Source of the DNA: an uncultured Gammaproteobacteria bacterium
Lineage (GTDB): Bacteria > Patescibacteriota > Microgenomatia > Levybacterales > UBA12049
Assembly: GCA_964391315.1 (NCBI GenBank)
Contig: CAYMJR010000002.1
Location: 14,730 to 74,258 of the forward strand
Direction of reading: 5' to 3'
Length of the DNA: 59,529 bases
The notes beneath the pieces were generated by a model. It saw only the letters and a program-made list of their open reading frames with translations. It was not told the origin of the DNA and did no database searches. Positions within the stretch are counted from its first letter, which is position 1, and every line of letters starts with the position of its first letter. The position numbers and the translations under genes are program-made. This document shows positions 39,850 to 48,950 of this stretch, one piece after another.

Positions 39850-40965
39850 ATGAAAATAGGAATTGATGCCAGATTGTGGAATGAAACAGGAGTGGGACGC
39901 TATATCCGGAATTTGGTTTGGGAATTAGAGAAATTGGATAAAAAGAATACCTATGTTTTATTTGTAAAAAAAGGATTTAAGAGTGAAAATTTGGGAATTA
40001 AAAATGATAGGTGGAGAATTGTTGAAACAGATGTACATTGGCATTCGGTGAAAGAACAACTCGCATTTCCTCAGGTTTTGTATAAAGAAAGTTTAGATCT
40101 CATGCACTTTACCTATTTTTCTCTTCCTGTTTTTTATAACCGTCCTTTTGTTGTAACGATTCATGATCTTATTATTAATCATTTCCCGACTGGCAAAGCA
40201 TCGACCCTGCCATATCCGCTATATCATCTCAAGCGAATAGGTTATAACTTTGTTATTGAATATGCAGTAAAAAACAGCAATAAGATTATTGTTCCTCTTA
40301 ATTCTGTTAAGGATGATGTTCTACAGACATTTAACATTGCAGAAAATAAAATTGCAGTGACCTACGAAGGAAGTTCCAATCTCAAATCGCAAAACGCAAA
40401 TCGAATGTTTGAAAATTATTTTCTTTATGTAGGGAATGCCTACCCGCATAAAAATTTGGAGCGGTTGATTGAAGCGTTTGATATGTTTACCAAACCGACA
40501 AAAGATGAAGTGAAGCTTGTATTGGTCGGAAAGGATGATTATTTTTATAAAAGAATCCGCGCAAAAATGGAGCAAAACAAAATAGAAAATGTCGTTTTGA
40601 AACACAATATTAGTGATGAAGAGCTATTCGCTCTTTATTCATATGCAAAGGCATTTGTTTCACCCTCGCTTATGGAAGGGTTTGGTTTGCCACCGCTTGA
40701 AGCAATGAGTGCGTCATGTCCTGTTTTATTGGCAGATATTCCATCGTTTAGAGAAGTTTGTCAGGATGCGGCAGTTTACTTTGATCCAACAAAAATTCAC
40801 TCACTACAAGAACAGTTGCAAGTAATGTATACTATGGATCACAAGAGGAGAGAAGAGCATATCAGAAAAGGTTTGGAGCGAGTAAAACAGTTTTCTTGGA
40901 AACGAATGGCAGACCAAACATTGAGTGTCTATGAAAGTTGCATTAGTCTACGACAGAGTAAATAA
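39850..40965 (+). CDS. GT4 glycosyltransferase (MtfB-like)
   Basis: MKIGIDAR, GVGRY, TIHDL, VGNAYPHKN, PSLMEGFGLPPLEAM. Confidence 0.92.
   Translation: MKIGIDARLWNETGVGRYIRNLVWELEKLDKKNTYVLFVKKGFKSENLGIKNDRWRIVETDVHWHSVKEQLAFPQVLYKESLDLMHFTYFSLPVFYNRPFVVTIHDLIINHFPTGKASTLPYPLYHLKRIGYNFVIEYAVKNSNKIIVPLNSVKDDVLQTFNIAENKIAVTYEGSSNLKSQNANRMFENYFLYVGNAYPHKNLERLIEAFDMFTKPTKDEVKLVLVGKDDYFYKRIRAKMEQNKIENVVLKHNISDEELFALYSYAKAFVSPSLMEGFGLPPLEAMSASCPVLLADIPSFREVCQDAAVYFDPTKIHSLQEQLQVMYTMDHKRREEHIRKGLERVKQFSWKRMADQTLSVYESCISLRQSK
40375..40402 (+). repeat. 7-bp tandem repeat in GT4 linker
   Basis: tccaatc tcaaatc gcaaaac gcaaatc. Confidence 0.65.
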
Positions 40966-42004
40966 ATGGGGCGGCGCAGAACGTGTGCTTTTAGCACTTC
41001 ATAAATTATTTCCCAACGCACCATTATTTACTTCTGTTTACAATAAAAATAATGCTCCGTGGGCAGATGTCTTTGAAGTAAGATCATCTTTTTTACAGAA
41101 AATTCCCTTTGCAAAATCTCGGCATGAGTTGTTTCCAAATTTTATGCCGCACGCGTTTGAGAATTTTTCTTTTGACGACTATGATTTAGTCGTTTCTGTT
41201 ACCAGTGAAGCAGCAAAAGGCATTATCACCAAACCTTCGACCAAACATATTTGTTATTGTTTGACGCCAACACGCTATCTGTGGAGCGGGTATGACACTT
41301 ATTTTTCGAATAAAACACTGAAGAATTTGGCTCGTCCTATGGTTTCATCACTTCGAAGATGGGATAAAATTGCAGCAAATAGACCAGATGTAATGATTGC
41401 TATCTCAAAAGAAGTCCAAGAACGAATTAAAAATTATTATGGACGGGAATCAGTAATCATCTATCCACCGCTTAGTTTAGAACAAAAAGGAAAAAAGCAA
41501 AATGTACATACAAAACCTTTTTTTCTCGTTGTGTCGCGGTTTGTTCCATACAAACGAATTGATCTTGCAATTGATGCATTAACTGAGTTAGGTTTGCCAC
41601 TAAAAATTGTTGGAACAGGTAGCCTTGAAAAAAAACTTAAAGCAAAGGCTGGAAAAAATGTCGAATTTCTTGGAAACTTGACTGATGAGCAATTAGTTGA
41701 TTATTATAGAGAATGTGAGGCGCTCATTTTCCCTGGAGTTGAGGATTTCGGGTTAGTAATGGCGGAAGCGCAAAAATTCGGAAAACCAGTTATCGCATTT
41801 GCAGCCGGTGGAGCATTGGATATAGTCGTTGATGGCAAGACAGGCTATTTTTTTAAAGACCAGACAAAAGAATCACTTATGGAAGCACTGAACAAATTTG
41901 GAAGTTATAGCTTTGATTCGAAAGCTATTGTAAAATATGCAGAGAGATTTAGCTTTGATAATTTTAAAAAGCAATTTAATGCTGTTGTTAATAAACTATT
42001 TTAA
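40931..42004 (+). CDS. GT4 glycosyltransferase (WbaZ-like mannosyltransferase)
   Basis: GGAERVL, YCLTPTRYLW, SRFVPYKRIDLA, EDFGLVMAEAQ. ATG 40931. Confidence 0.9.
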   Translation: MKVALVYDRVNKWGGAERVLLALHKLFPNAPLFTSVYNKNNAPWADVFEVRSSFLQKIPFAKSRHELFPNFMPHAFENFSFDDYDLVVSVTSEAAKGIITKPSTKHICYCLTPTRYLWSGYDTYFSNKTLKNLARPMVSSLRRWDKIAANRPDVMIAISKEVQERIKNYYGRESVIIYPPLSLEQKGKKQNVHTKPFFLVVSRFVPYKRIDLAIDALTELGLPLKIVGTGSLEKKLKAKAGKNVEFLGNLTDEQLVDYYRECEALIFPGVEDFGLVMAEAQKFGKPVIAFAAGGALDIVVDGKTGYFFKDQTKESLMEALNKFGSYSFDSKAIVKYAERFSFDNFKKQFNAVVNKLF

Positions 42005-42028
42005 TATTATAATAGAACATATCTATTT

Positions 42029-43111
42029 ATGAAGATTGTTGTTTTTGCAGGAGGAGTTGGAAGTAGGCTATGGCCGCTCTCCAGAAAAAATACTCCAAAA
42101 CAATTTGAAAAGATTCTTGGTGATAAATCCACATTACAACTTGCAGTTGACAGACTGCAGCCTGATTTCTCATGGGAAGATATTTTTGTAGCTACAGGAG
42201 CAGCATACGCAGAAACTGTTCGTGAGCAATTACCGTTACTTCCTCAAGATCATGTGATTGGTGAGCCAACGATGCGTGACGTAGGACCAGCTGTTGCGCT
42301 TATGACTGGAATCCTCACCAAAATTTCACCAAGTGAACCAATGGCAATTCTTTGGAGTGATCATTTAGTAAAAAAAGAAGAGCATTTTAGAAAAATTCTT
42401 CAGACTGCAGGAGAAGTAGTAAAAGGAGATACAGATAGAATTATTTTCGTTGCTCAAAAGCCTCGCTTTGCGAGCGAAAATCTTGGGTGGATTGATCACG
42501 GAGAGCACATTTTTGATAAAGAAGATATTGCCTTTTATTCATTTAAAGGGATGAAATATCAACCAGATCATGAAACAGCAAAGGAATATTTTGCAAGCGG
42601 TCATCATGCATGGAATCTTGGCTATTTTGTAACAACTCCTACTTTTCTCTGGAAGCAATTTGAGAAACTTGCACCACAGGTATATAACGCATTACAACCT
42701 GTGGTTGATGCGTGGGGAACAGATGAATTTACAAAACGACTTGATGAGATATATCCAACAATTGAAAAAATTCATTTTGATAATGTGATTTTGGAGAAAT
42801 TGGCATCGGAAGACGCATATGTTGTTTCAGAAAATATTGAATGGAGCGATATTGGTGCCTGGGAAGCTTTAAAAGAAGCACTTGAGCAGCATGAAAATGA
42901 TAATGTGATCAAGGGGAATGCCCTTCTTGAAGATTCACAAGATTCTTTGGTGTTTAATTTTACTAAACAACTCGTTGTTGGTATCGACCTTGATGATATG
43001 GTCATTGTAAATACTAATGATGTTATTCTTGTTTGTCCAAAAACTTCTGTCCCGAAAATTAAAAAGCTCGTACAAAGCCTGCAGGGAACTTCCAACGAGC
43101 ATTTAGTCTAA
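42029..43111 (+). CDS. manC: Mannose-1-phosphate guanylyltransferase
   Basis: AGGVGSRLWPLSRKNTPKQF, EP, SDH, WSDIGAW, C-terminal beta-helix tail. Confidence 0.88.
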   Translation: MKIVVFAGGVGSRLWPLSRKNTPKQFEKILGDKSTLQLAVDRLQPDFSWEDIFVATGAAYAETVREQLPLLPQDHVIGEPTMRDVGPAVALMTGILTKISPSEPMAILWSDHLVKKEEHFRKILQTAGEVVKGDTDRIIFVAQKPRFASENLGWIDHGEHIFDKEDIAFYSFKGMKYQPDHETAKEYFASGHHAWNLGYFVTTPTFLWKQFEKLAPQVYNALQPVVDAWGTDEFTKRLDEIYPTIEKIHFDNVILEKLASEDAYVVSENIEWSDIGAWEALKEALEQHENDNVIKGNALLEDSQDSLVFNFTKQLVVGIDLDDMVIVNTNDVILVCPKTSVPKIKKLVQSLQGTSNEHLV

Positions 43112-43112
43112 A

Positions 43113-43775
43113 ATGTCTTATACGGAAATTAAAAAAAGCTGGGTATATGAAATATCAAAGAGAACGATCGATATTGTTCTCTCTATTTTCCTTATTCTTC
43201 TTTTTTCTCCTATTTTAATTTTTGTTGCGCTTGCAATTAAACTCGATTCACAAGGTCCAATTTTGGCTGATACTCCTGCACGTGTTGGAAAAGGCGGTAA
43301 ACGATTTAAAATGTACAAATTTAGATCTATGGTACAAAATGCACACTTACTGCTTCGTGAAGATCCTCGTTATGCCCAGCTATATAGTACTTATAAAAAA
43401 AGCAGTTATAAATTACGGCATGATCCAAGAACGACAATGGTTGGGAAATTTATTCGGAAATATTCGCTCGATGAATTGCCTCAATTTGTGAATGTATTAA
43501 AAGGAGAAATGAGTATTGTTGGTCCAAGAGCCTATTATCCAGATGAACTTGAAGACCAGCAAAATAAATATCCAAATACCAGAAATTCGGTGAAAATCGT
43601 GCTCAGTGTTAAGCCTGGAATTACCGGATTCTGGCAAGTCACCGGCAGAAGTGAAATTAACTTTGATAAAAGAATTGAAATGGATGCTGCATACGTACGG
43701 AAACGATCCGTGTTATATGATATATTCATTATTCTTAAATCTCCCTGGGCGATGCTTTCTGGAAAAGGAGTTTAA
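43113..43775 (+). CDS. Priming phosphoglycosyl transferase (WbaP/WcaJ catalytic-domain family)
   Basis: KRTIDI, KFRSM, DPR, SLDELPQFVNVLKGEMSIVGPR, KPGITGFWQVTGRS. Confidence 0.93.
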   Translation: MSYTEIKKSWVYEISKRTIDIVLSIFLILLFSPILIFVALAIKLDSQGPILADTPARVGKGGKRFKMYKFRSMVQNAHLLLREDPRYAQLYSTYKKSSYKLRHDPRTTMVGKFIRKYSLDELPQFVNVLKGEMSIVGPRAYYPDELEDQQNKYPNTRNSVKIVLSVKPGITGFWQVTGRSEINFDKRIEMDAAYVRKRSVLYDIFIILKSPWAMLSGKGV

Positions 43776-43794
43776 CATTTTTATGTTTGTCAAG

Positions 43795-43824
43795 TTGACA
43801 AATGATGAGAAAGTCCAGTAAGAT
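43795..43824 (+). promoter_or_regulatory. Sigma70 promoter TTGACA-18-TAAGAT
   Basis: In the intergenic gap, 12 nt before ATG 43837. Confidence 0.55.
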
Positions 43825-43836
43825 AAAAGGTGCACG

Positions 43837-45840
43837 ATGGATGGTTTTGATAAGATTGAATTTAGTAATAAGAAGGAAAAATCTACACCTGTTGCACGCA
43901 CTAAAACAGGAAATGCGAATGTAAGAGCAAGCCTAATGGATCAGAAGAATAGTGCGACAAGTATGTCAAATCGTAAAAAAACAAAAGGACTACACTTCAG
44001 ATGGAAATGGTCACGAAAAAGTGGAATTGCCCTTCTTATCGTTGCTATTATATTAGTCCTCTCAGGTATTCCTGCCTACGCTACTTATAAATCAGGACTT
44101 GATACCTACAGACATGCTAAACTTCTTTCAGCAGCGCTCAAGCAACAGGATATTAATGTTGCATCTGATGAAATTGCTAAGACAAAAGCAAGTCTGATCA
44201 CGACACAAAAGGATTTCCGTTATTTAATTCCTTATAAATTCGTTCCTCTTATTGGTTGGTATTACAGTGATGCAGAGCATTTGATGCAGGCTGCAAATTA
44301 TGGTCTTGATACCGCCGCTACGACAGTTGATGCAATTAAACCATATGCTGATATCCTCGGTTTGAAGGGTGCAGGTAGTTTCACTGGAGGGCCAGCATCA
44401 AATCGTCTCCAGACTGCTGTCATGGCTGCAAGTAAAGTAACACCACAGATTGATAAAATTGGAGCCTCACTTGTCCTTGTTCAAAAAGAAATGGATCAGG
44501 TAGATCCCAATCATTACCCGACATTTATTTTTGGTAAGAAAATTAATGCTACTTTGACTGGTCTTAAACAAGGTGTTGATGATGCTGCAACAGGTATTAC
44601 TGAAGCAGGACCACTGGTTAAAGCATTACCAGCTCTTCTTGGTGAATCAGAAGACAAGAGATATTTGCTTCTTTTCCAGAATGATAAAGAGCTTCGTCCG
44701 ACTGGTGGATTTATTACTGGCTACGCTATCTTTAGAATTTCAAAAGGAATTATTAGTGTTGAACGTTCTGATGATATTTATCCTTTGGATGATGGAATTG
44801 CAAATAAACCAGCTGCGCCATTGCCTTTACAACAGTATCTGAAGGTATACACATTAAATTTACGAGACAGTAATATCTCTCCAGATTTTCTTGAATCAAT
44901 GAAGACATTTAATTCTCTCTATGATCGTGCTCCAGGACGAGAAGATGTTGACGGTATTGTCGCACTGGATACGGATGTGCTTGTAAAGACAATTAAGATT
45001 CTTGATGATCAGGTTGAAGCAGGTGGCATGACCTTTACCACCAAGAATGATCCACGTTGTGATTGTCCTCAGGTTATTTATGCACTTGAAGACAATATCT
45101 CTCGTCCGGTCAATTATGTCAAAACAGCAAGGAAAAGTGTTATTGGAGCATTGTTGAGTAATATTATGACGAAAGCGCTTTCATCATCTCCAAAAGTATA
45201 TTGGGGACCACTTTTCCAGACATTTATCGCTGAGACAAATCAAAAGCACATCCTTTTTGATCTCTATGATAAAGATGCACAGTCAGGAATAGAGGCACTC
45301 AATGCTGCGGGACAGATCAAAGATTATAACGGTGATTACTTGCATATTAATGAAGCCAATTTGTCAGGCGCAAAAGTCAATATTTTTATGCAGGAGACTG
45401 TTGACAGTAATTATGAAAATAAAGATGGTGGTATTGTAAAGACTGTCACGATTAATTACAAAAATCCATTCCCTGCATCTGACTGTAATTTGGAGCGGGG
45501 AGGATTGTGTTTGAACGCAGAATATCGTGACTGGATCCGTATTTATGTGCCAAAGGGCAGTACGCTTATTGATAGCCAAGGAGCACTCTCGAAGCTAAAA
45601 ACATCAGAAGATCTTGGTAAGACAGTATTTGAAGGATTGATGACTGTTCGTCCACAAGGTGTTGCTAAATTGACGCTTTCATATAAGTTACCATCTAATC
45701 TTTCAAATATGTCACCATTGCCACTTCTTATTCAAAAGCAACCGGGCACGCCAGAATTTACCTATAACATTTTGACCAACGGTAACACTCGAGAAAGCTT
45801 TCCATTAACAACAGACGTTGAGACAAAGGTTAAGAGATAA
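43837..45840 (+). CDS. DUF4012-domain membrane-anchored protein
   Basis: Single TM, helical stalk, YLLLFQNDKELRPTGGF, RDSNISPDF, RIYVPKGS, QKQPG. Confidence 0.85.
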   Translation: MDGFDKIEFSNKKEKSTPVARTKTGNANVRASLMDQKNSATSMSNRKKTKGLHFRWKWSRKSGIALLIVAIILVLSGIPAYATYKSGLDTYRHAKLLSAALKQQDINVASDEIAKTKASLITTQKDFRYLIPYKFVPLIGWYYSDAEHLMQAANYGLDTAATTVDAIKPYADILGLKGAGSFTGGPASNRLQTAVMAASKVTPQIDKIGASLVLVQKEMDQVDPNHYPTFIFGKKINATLTGLKQGVDDAATGITEAGPLVKALPALLGESEDKRYLLLFQNDKELRPTGGFITGYAIFRISKGIISVERSDDIYPLDDGIANKPAAPLPLQQYLKVYTLNLRDSNISPDFLESMKTFNSLYDRAPGREDVDGIVALDTDVLVKTIKILDDQVEAGGMTFTTKNDPRCDCPQVIYALEDNISRPVNYVKTARKSVIGALLSNIMTKALSSSPKVYWGPLFQTFIAETNQKHILFDLYDKDAQSGIEALNAAGQIKDYNGDYLHINEANLSGAKVNIFMQETVDSNYENKDGGIVKTVTINYKNPFPASDCNLERGGLCLNAEYRDWIRIYVPKGSTLIDSQGALSKLKTSEDLGKTVFEGLMTVRPQGVAKLTLSYKLPSNLSNMSPLPLLIQKQPGTPEFTYNILTNGNTRESFPLTTDVETKVKR

Positions 45841-45848
45841 TCTGCTCC

Positions 45849-46391
45849 ATGAGGAATTTTAAGACAGAGGGAATTGTTATTAGAAGGCGTAATTTCAAAG
45901 ACGCTGACCGTATTTTGACTATTTTGACTGCAGAGCATGGTAAGATAGCAGTCCGTGCAAGTGGTATCAGAAGAATTCCAAGCAGACGCTCAGCTCATGT
46001 AGAACTACTTAATCATTGTGTATTAACACTTTATACTGGTCATGCGTTTCCTGTTTTGACAGAAGCGCAGACAATTGACTCTTTTACACCAATTAAGGAA
46101 GATCTGCAAAAAATTGGTCTTGCCTATCATTTGTGCGAACTCGTCGATGGTCTTTGTCCTGAGAATCAGGAGAACAGACAGGTTTTCAATTTAGTGAAAG
46201 CGACACTGGCACGACTTTCTTTTGAAGAAAATGCTTCATCCATAATACAGAATTTTCAAACAGAACTGTTAAGTTTATTAGGTTATTGGAATAAGCAAGA
46301 ATTTCTTGCAAAAGACATCGACATGGATCATTTTGTTGAAAGTATCCTCGAGCGAAAGCTTAAGAGCAAAGCCATCTTTACCAAGCTCTAA
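45849..46391 (+). CDS. recO: DNA repair protein RecO (short form)
   Basis: TEGIVIRRRNFKDADRILTILTAEHGKI...GIRR; no Zn-finger segment. Confidence 0.92.
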   Translation: MRNFKTEGIVIRRRNFKDADRILTILTAEHGKIAVRASGIRRIPSRRSAHVELLNHCVLTLYTGHAFPVLTEAQTIDSFTPIKEDLQKIGLAYHLCELVDGLCPENQENRQVFNLVKATLARLSFEENASSIIQNFQTELLSLLGYWNKQEFLAKDIDMDHFVESILERKLKSKAIFTKL

Positions 46392-46421
46392 CAATCTTCT
46401 TTCTAATCTTTTATAACTTTT

Positions 46422-46430
46422 TGCTAAAGT
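46422..46430 (+). promoter_or_regulatory. Extended -10 (TGcTAAAGT), leaderless
   Basis: 6 nt before ATG 46437. Confidence 0.55.
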
Positions 46431-46436
46431 ATTTTC

Positions 46437-46745
46437 ATGGGCCGCGGTCTAGAACGTGAAATTCCTGGAATAGGTGGACAAAGAGCTAAAGTTGATGCCC
46501 CATCACAAGTGCGTGTTGAATTAGAATTACCTGACTATTTGAGAAATGCACTTGAAAACGCGGGAGCAGCTACAGGAACACAGGTATTTCCAAGTAATCC
46601 GTTTGGAGAGTCTGTTACTGTTTTAGGATCTACCGATGGAGTATCACGAACAATAAAGGCTTCGTATCCAGAAAAAGATCCATGCATTCTTCCTTCCCAG
46701 ACCACAGAATTAGGAGGACCCACAAGTCGTCGCGCTCTCCCCTAA
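46437..46745 (+). CDS. Hypothetical protein
   Basis: 102 aa ORF with a leaderless-type promoter. Confidence 0.65.
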   Translation: MGRGLEREIPGIGGQRAKVDAPSQVRVELELPDYLRNALENAGAATGTQVFPSNPFGESVTVLGSTDGVSRTIKASYPEKDPCILPSQTTELGGPTSRRALP

Positions 46746-46793
46746 ATTTTAAAGAAAGCTCTAGTATTTTCTTACAACATCCTCATATTGCTA

Positions 46794-46802
46794 TGCTACT
46801 CT
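46794..46802 (+). promoter_or_regulatory. Extended -10 (TGcTACTCT), leaderless
   Basis: 6 nt before ATG 46809. Confidence 0.5.
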
Positions 46803-46808
46803 CTTTTT

Positions 46809-47024
46809 ATGCGTAATCTAGAGCATTCCTTCAGTGTAAGAATTTCTCCGGGAATGGTACCAGTTTTAGAGAGAGTTTCTACTGTGTTTTCACGCGTGCG
46901 TGTTAATCGAATTAAAGAAAGAGAGCAAAGTGGAACTAATGAAACAGTTGTATTTCGATTTCATGGACCAAGAGATGATGTATCTTTATTGAGAGGTTTA
47001 TTATTTCAACCTCAGCAGCGTTAG
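46809..47024 (+). CDS. Hypothetical protein
   Basis: 71 aa from ATG 46809, the start supported by promoter spacing. Confidence 0.6.
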   Translation: MRNLEHSFSVRISPGMVPVLERVSTVFSRVRVNRIKEREQSGTNETVVFRFHGPRDDVSLLRGLLFQPQQR

Positions 47025-47078
47025 TAGCATTTAAACTACTATTGTTTAACGTATGATAAAATGCTCTTAGATAGATTT

Positions 47079-47435
47079 ATGGACACAAAGGAGATAAAAC
47101 GTAGTTTATTGAGCGCACAGAGTCTTGGAACACTTGCAACAACTCGCTCTGAGAAACCACGAATGAGCCTTGTACATGAAGATTTTTTACCTGATACGAT
47201 GGATCTAGCAGTACATAGAAGAGTTGGTAATCGTTTAGATGGAGACGGAATTAAAGTGATTGAACAAGATGGTGGTATTTTAATACAAGGTACAGAGGAA
47301 AACGGTACAATACGTTTTTGGAAAGAATACGCAAAAGAAAAGGGAAGAGGTCCAATAAGAAGAGCTATTGCAGAAAAAGTTTGGGCAGTAAGAAAGATAA
47401 TACAGCGAAGGCAACTATCGAAACTCCAGGCATAA
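47079..47435 (+). CDS. Hypothetical protein
   Basis: TGaTAAAAT at 47054-47062 overlaps ATG 47061, favouring ATG 47079. Confidence 0.65.
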   Translation: MDTKEIKRSLLSAQSLGTLATTRSEKPRMSLVHEDFLPDTMDLAVHRRVGNRLDGDGIKVIEQDGGILIQGTEENGTIRFWKEYAKEKGRGPIRRAIAEKVWAVRKIIQRRQLSKLQA

Positions 47436-47457
47436 TCAACATTTATTGATTTAAGCG

Positions 47458-47466
47458 TGTTATAAT
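47458..47466 (+). promoter_or_regulatory. Extended -10 (TGtTATAAT), leaderless glyQS
   Basis: 6 nt before ATG 47473. Confidence 0.7.
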
Positions 47467-47472
47467 ATCTTC

Positions 47473-48948
47473 ATGGTTGAGAATTCATTAATGGACAAGA
47501 TTGTTGCGCTTGCGAAACGACGCGGATTTATCTACCCCGGATCAGAAATTTATGGTGGTTTAGCAAACACCTACGATTATGGGCCTCTTGGCACAGAACT
47601 TCTTCGCAATATTAAAGAATTGTGGTGGAAATATTTTGTCCAGACTCGATCAGATATGGTCGGTCTTGATGCAAGTATTATTTCTCATGCACGAGTCTGG
47701 CAGGCATCAGGGCACGTCGCAGGATTTGCTGATGCGATGATTGATTGCAAGAACTGCAAAGCCCGCATGCGTGCAGATCATCTTTTGGAAAATTACCTTG
47801 AATCAATGAGTCAGGAAGAAAAAACTCAATTGCTTCACGGACATGTCGATGACCAGGAGTTGGTTGCAGCACTCAATACTGGCAAAGTTGAAGGATTTTC
47901 TACTGATGCGCTCAATCATTTGATTAATCTTCTCGATGTTCACTGTCCTAATTGCACCAAAAAGGATTGGACGCCTGTCCGCAAATTTAATCAGTTGTTT
48001 CCTGTACAACTTGGCATTGTTGAAGGAGAAGGCGGCATGGGATACCTTCGGGGCGAGACTGCACAAGGGATTTTTATCAATTTCAAAAATGTTGTTGATT
48101 CGACGCGCGTCAGACTACCTTTTGGTATCGGACAAATCGGAAAAGCATTCCGCAATGAAATAACACCGGGAAATTCTGTGTTCCGCACAATCGAATTCGA
48201 AGCAGGGGAAATCGAATATTTCTTTGATCCGCAGGCAAGCAATTGGGAAGAGCTTTTTGAAAAGTGGAAGAATAGTATGTGGGATTTTGCAACCAAAGTG
48301 CTTGGTATCCGGGAAGACAAACTCCGATGGAGAACACACACTGATCAGGAGCGGTCATTCTATAGTACACGAACTGAAGATTTGGAGTACGAATTTCCTT
48401 TTGGTTTTAAAGAATTGTGGGGGATTGCATACCGCACTGATTATGATCTGACAAAACACATGAATCTTTCCAAAAAGGATTTAACAATTACTGATCCAAT
48501 GACAGGACGAAAGATTGTGCCTCATGTTATCGAGCCGGCGGTTGGTATTAACCGTTTATTACTCATGACATTGATTGATTCATATACAGAACAGGCAACA
48601 TCAGCAGGTGGAGAAGAGGGCAAACGCGTTGTTTTGAACCTTAGTCCAAGACTCGCGCCATACAAAATCGCAGTATTTCCACTTCTTGCCAACAAAGAGA
48701 ATCTCGTCGAGAAAGCACGTGGAATTTATGACGAATTAAAACAGCATTTTATGGTTACTTTTGACTCCCGTGGTAATATTGGGAAAAGATATTTGTATCA
48801 AGACGAGATCGGTACGCCGTGGTGTGTAACAGTTGATTTTGATAGTCTGGAAGACGAAGCAGTAACTGTCCGCGATCGCATGACAACTCAACAAGAGCGA
48901 GTCAAGATTTCCGATTTAGTAACATATTTTTCCACAAAACTTTCGTAA
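47473..48948 (+). CDS. glyQS: Glycine--tRNA ligase, alpha2 type
   Basis: KRRGF, EIYGG...DYGPLG, ASGH, LRGETAQGIF, GKAFRNEI, PHVIEPAVG, GNIGKRY..QDEIGTP. Confidence 0.97.
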   Translation: MVENSLMDKIVALAKRRGFIYPGSEIYGGLANTYDYGPLGTELLRNIKELWWKYFVQTRSDMVGLDASIISHARVWQASGHVAGFADAMIDCKNCKARMRADHLLENYLESMSQEEKTQLLHGHVDDQELVAALNTGKVEGFSTDALNHLINLLDVHCPNCTKKDWTPVRKFNQLFPVQLGIVEGEGGMGYLRGETAQGIFINFKNVVDSTRVRLPFGIGQIGKAFRNEITPGNSVFRTIEFEAGEIEYFFDPQASNWEELFEKWKNSMWDFATKVLGIREDKLRWRTHTDQERSFYSTRTEDLEYEFPFGFKELWGIAYRTDYDLTKHMNLSKKDLTITDPMTGRKIVPHVIEPAVGINRLLLMTLIDSYTEQATSAGGEEGKRVVLNLSPRLAPYKIAVFPLLANKENLVEKARGIYDELKQHFMVTFDSRGNIGKRYLYQDEIGTPWCVTVDFDSLEDEAVTVRDRMTTQQERVKISDLVTYFSTKLS

Positions 48949-48950
48949 TT

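Noticed and set aside
41478-41517. Possible heptamer array in the WbaZ-like linker (EQKGKKQNVHTK)
   Set aside because: Too degenerate and A-rich to separate from Lys codon bias.
46392-47472. Integron-like cassette array
   Set aside because: No attC-like inverted repeats, no shared spacer repeat beyond agtattttc, and no integrase.
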